Source: Nemertoderma westbladi (Eukaryota; Animalia; Xenacoelomorpha). From it: a DNA stretch of 33,949 nucleotides. Shown here piece after piece: positions 33,776-33,949 of the stretch. Both the position numbers and the translations under genes were made by a program. The stretch's first letter is position 1. Each line of letters starts with the position of its first letter. The notes below the pieces were generated by a model. That model worked only from the letters and a program-made list of their open reading frames with translations. It searched no databases and was not told the DNA's origin. The DNA lies in NCBI GenBank assembly GCA_032718475.1, contig JAUCBJ010005697.1, positions 1-33,949 of the forward strand, written 5' to 3'.

Positions 33776-33936
33776 TGGGCCATTATGCTTAGATTGGGCC
33801 ATTTTGTTCTAGGTGGGCCATATTAGCCCTAAGAGGACGTGTACCTTTTGGGCCATCGTAGTAGGATTAGGGCCATTGCTCCAAGCCCAAGGCCATTTAA
33901 GGGCCATTGGACCTTTAAAAGGTGGCCCTAATAGTG
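33776..33936. mobile_element. Possible EnSpm/CACTA terminus with GGGCCAT subterminal repeats
   Basis: A dense GGGCCAT/TGGCCC motif cluster ends at TAGTG (reverse complement of CACTA) at 33936. No matching opposite end was identified. Confidence 0.4.
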
Positions 33937-33949
33937 GGAAAGCTTATAT

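Overview
AT-rich, repeat-dense eukaryotic (probably invertebrate animal) genomic DNA, not prokaryotic. No CRISPR array, rRNA or intact tRNA was seen. Most of the window is nested transposon material. (1) Probable 3' end of an LTR retrotransposon whose last ORF before the PPT and LTR is a triple CCHC zinc-knuckle protein with a basic tail (950-2724, split by one frameshift). (2) A 7.5-kb IS3EU-type non-autonomous DNA transposon (7984-15510, 6-bp TSD AGTATC). Its left subterminal 20-mer has expanded into a 5.1-kb satellite with higher-order structure, it contains a P-like foldback MITE, and it interrupts a minus-strand reading frame. (3) A 5'-truncated RTE LINE, a stand-alone LINE ORF1 abutting a 16-bp satellite, three piggyBac-type MITE copies, Harbinger-like and other MITEs, three tRNA-derived pseudo-elements and a possible CACTA terminus. 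(4) A probable host terminal exon (20993-21296, minus strand) encoding a tail-anchored membrane protein C-terminus. Superfamily calls rest on termini, TSDs and motifs read by eye, not on database searches.
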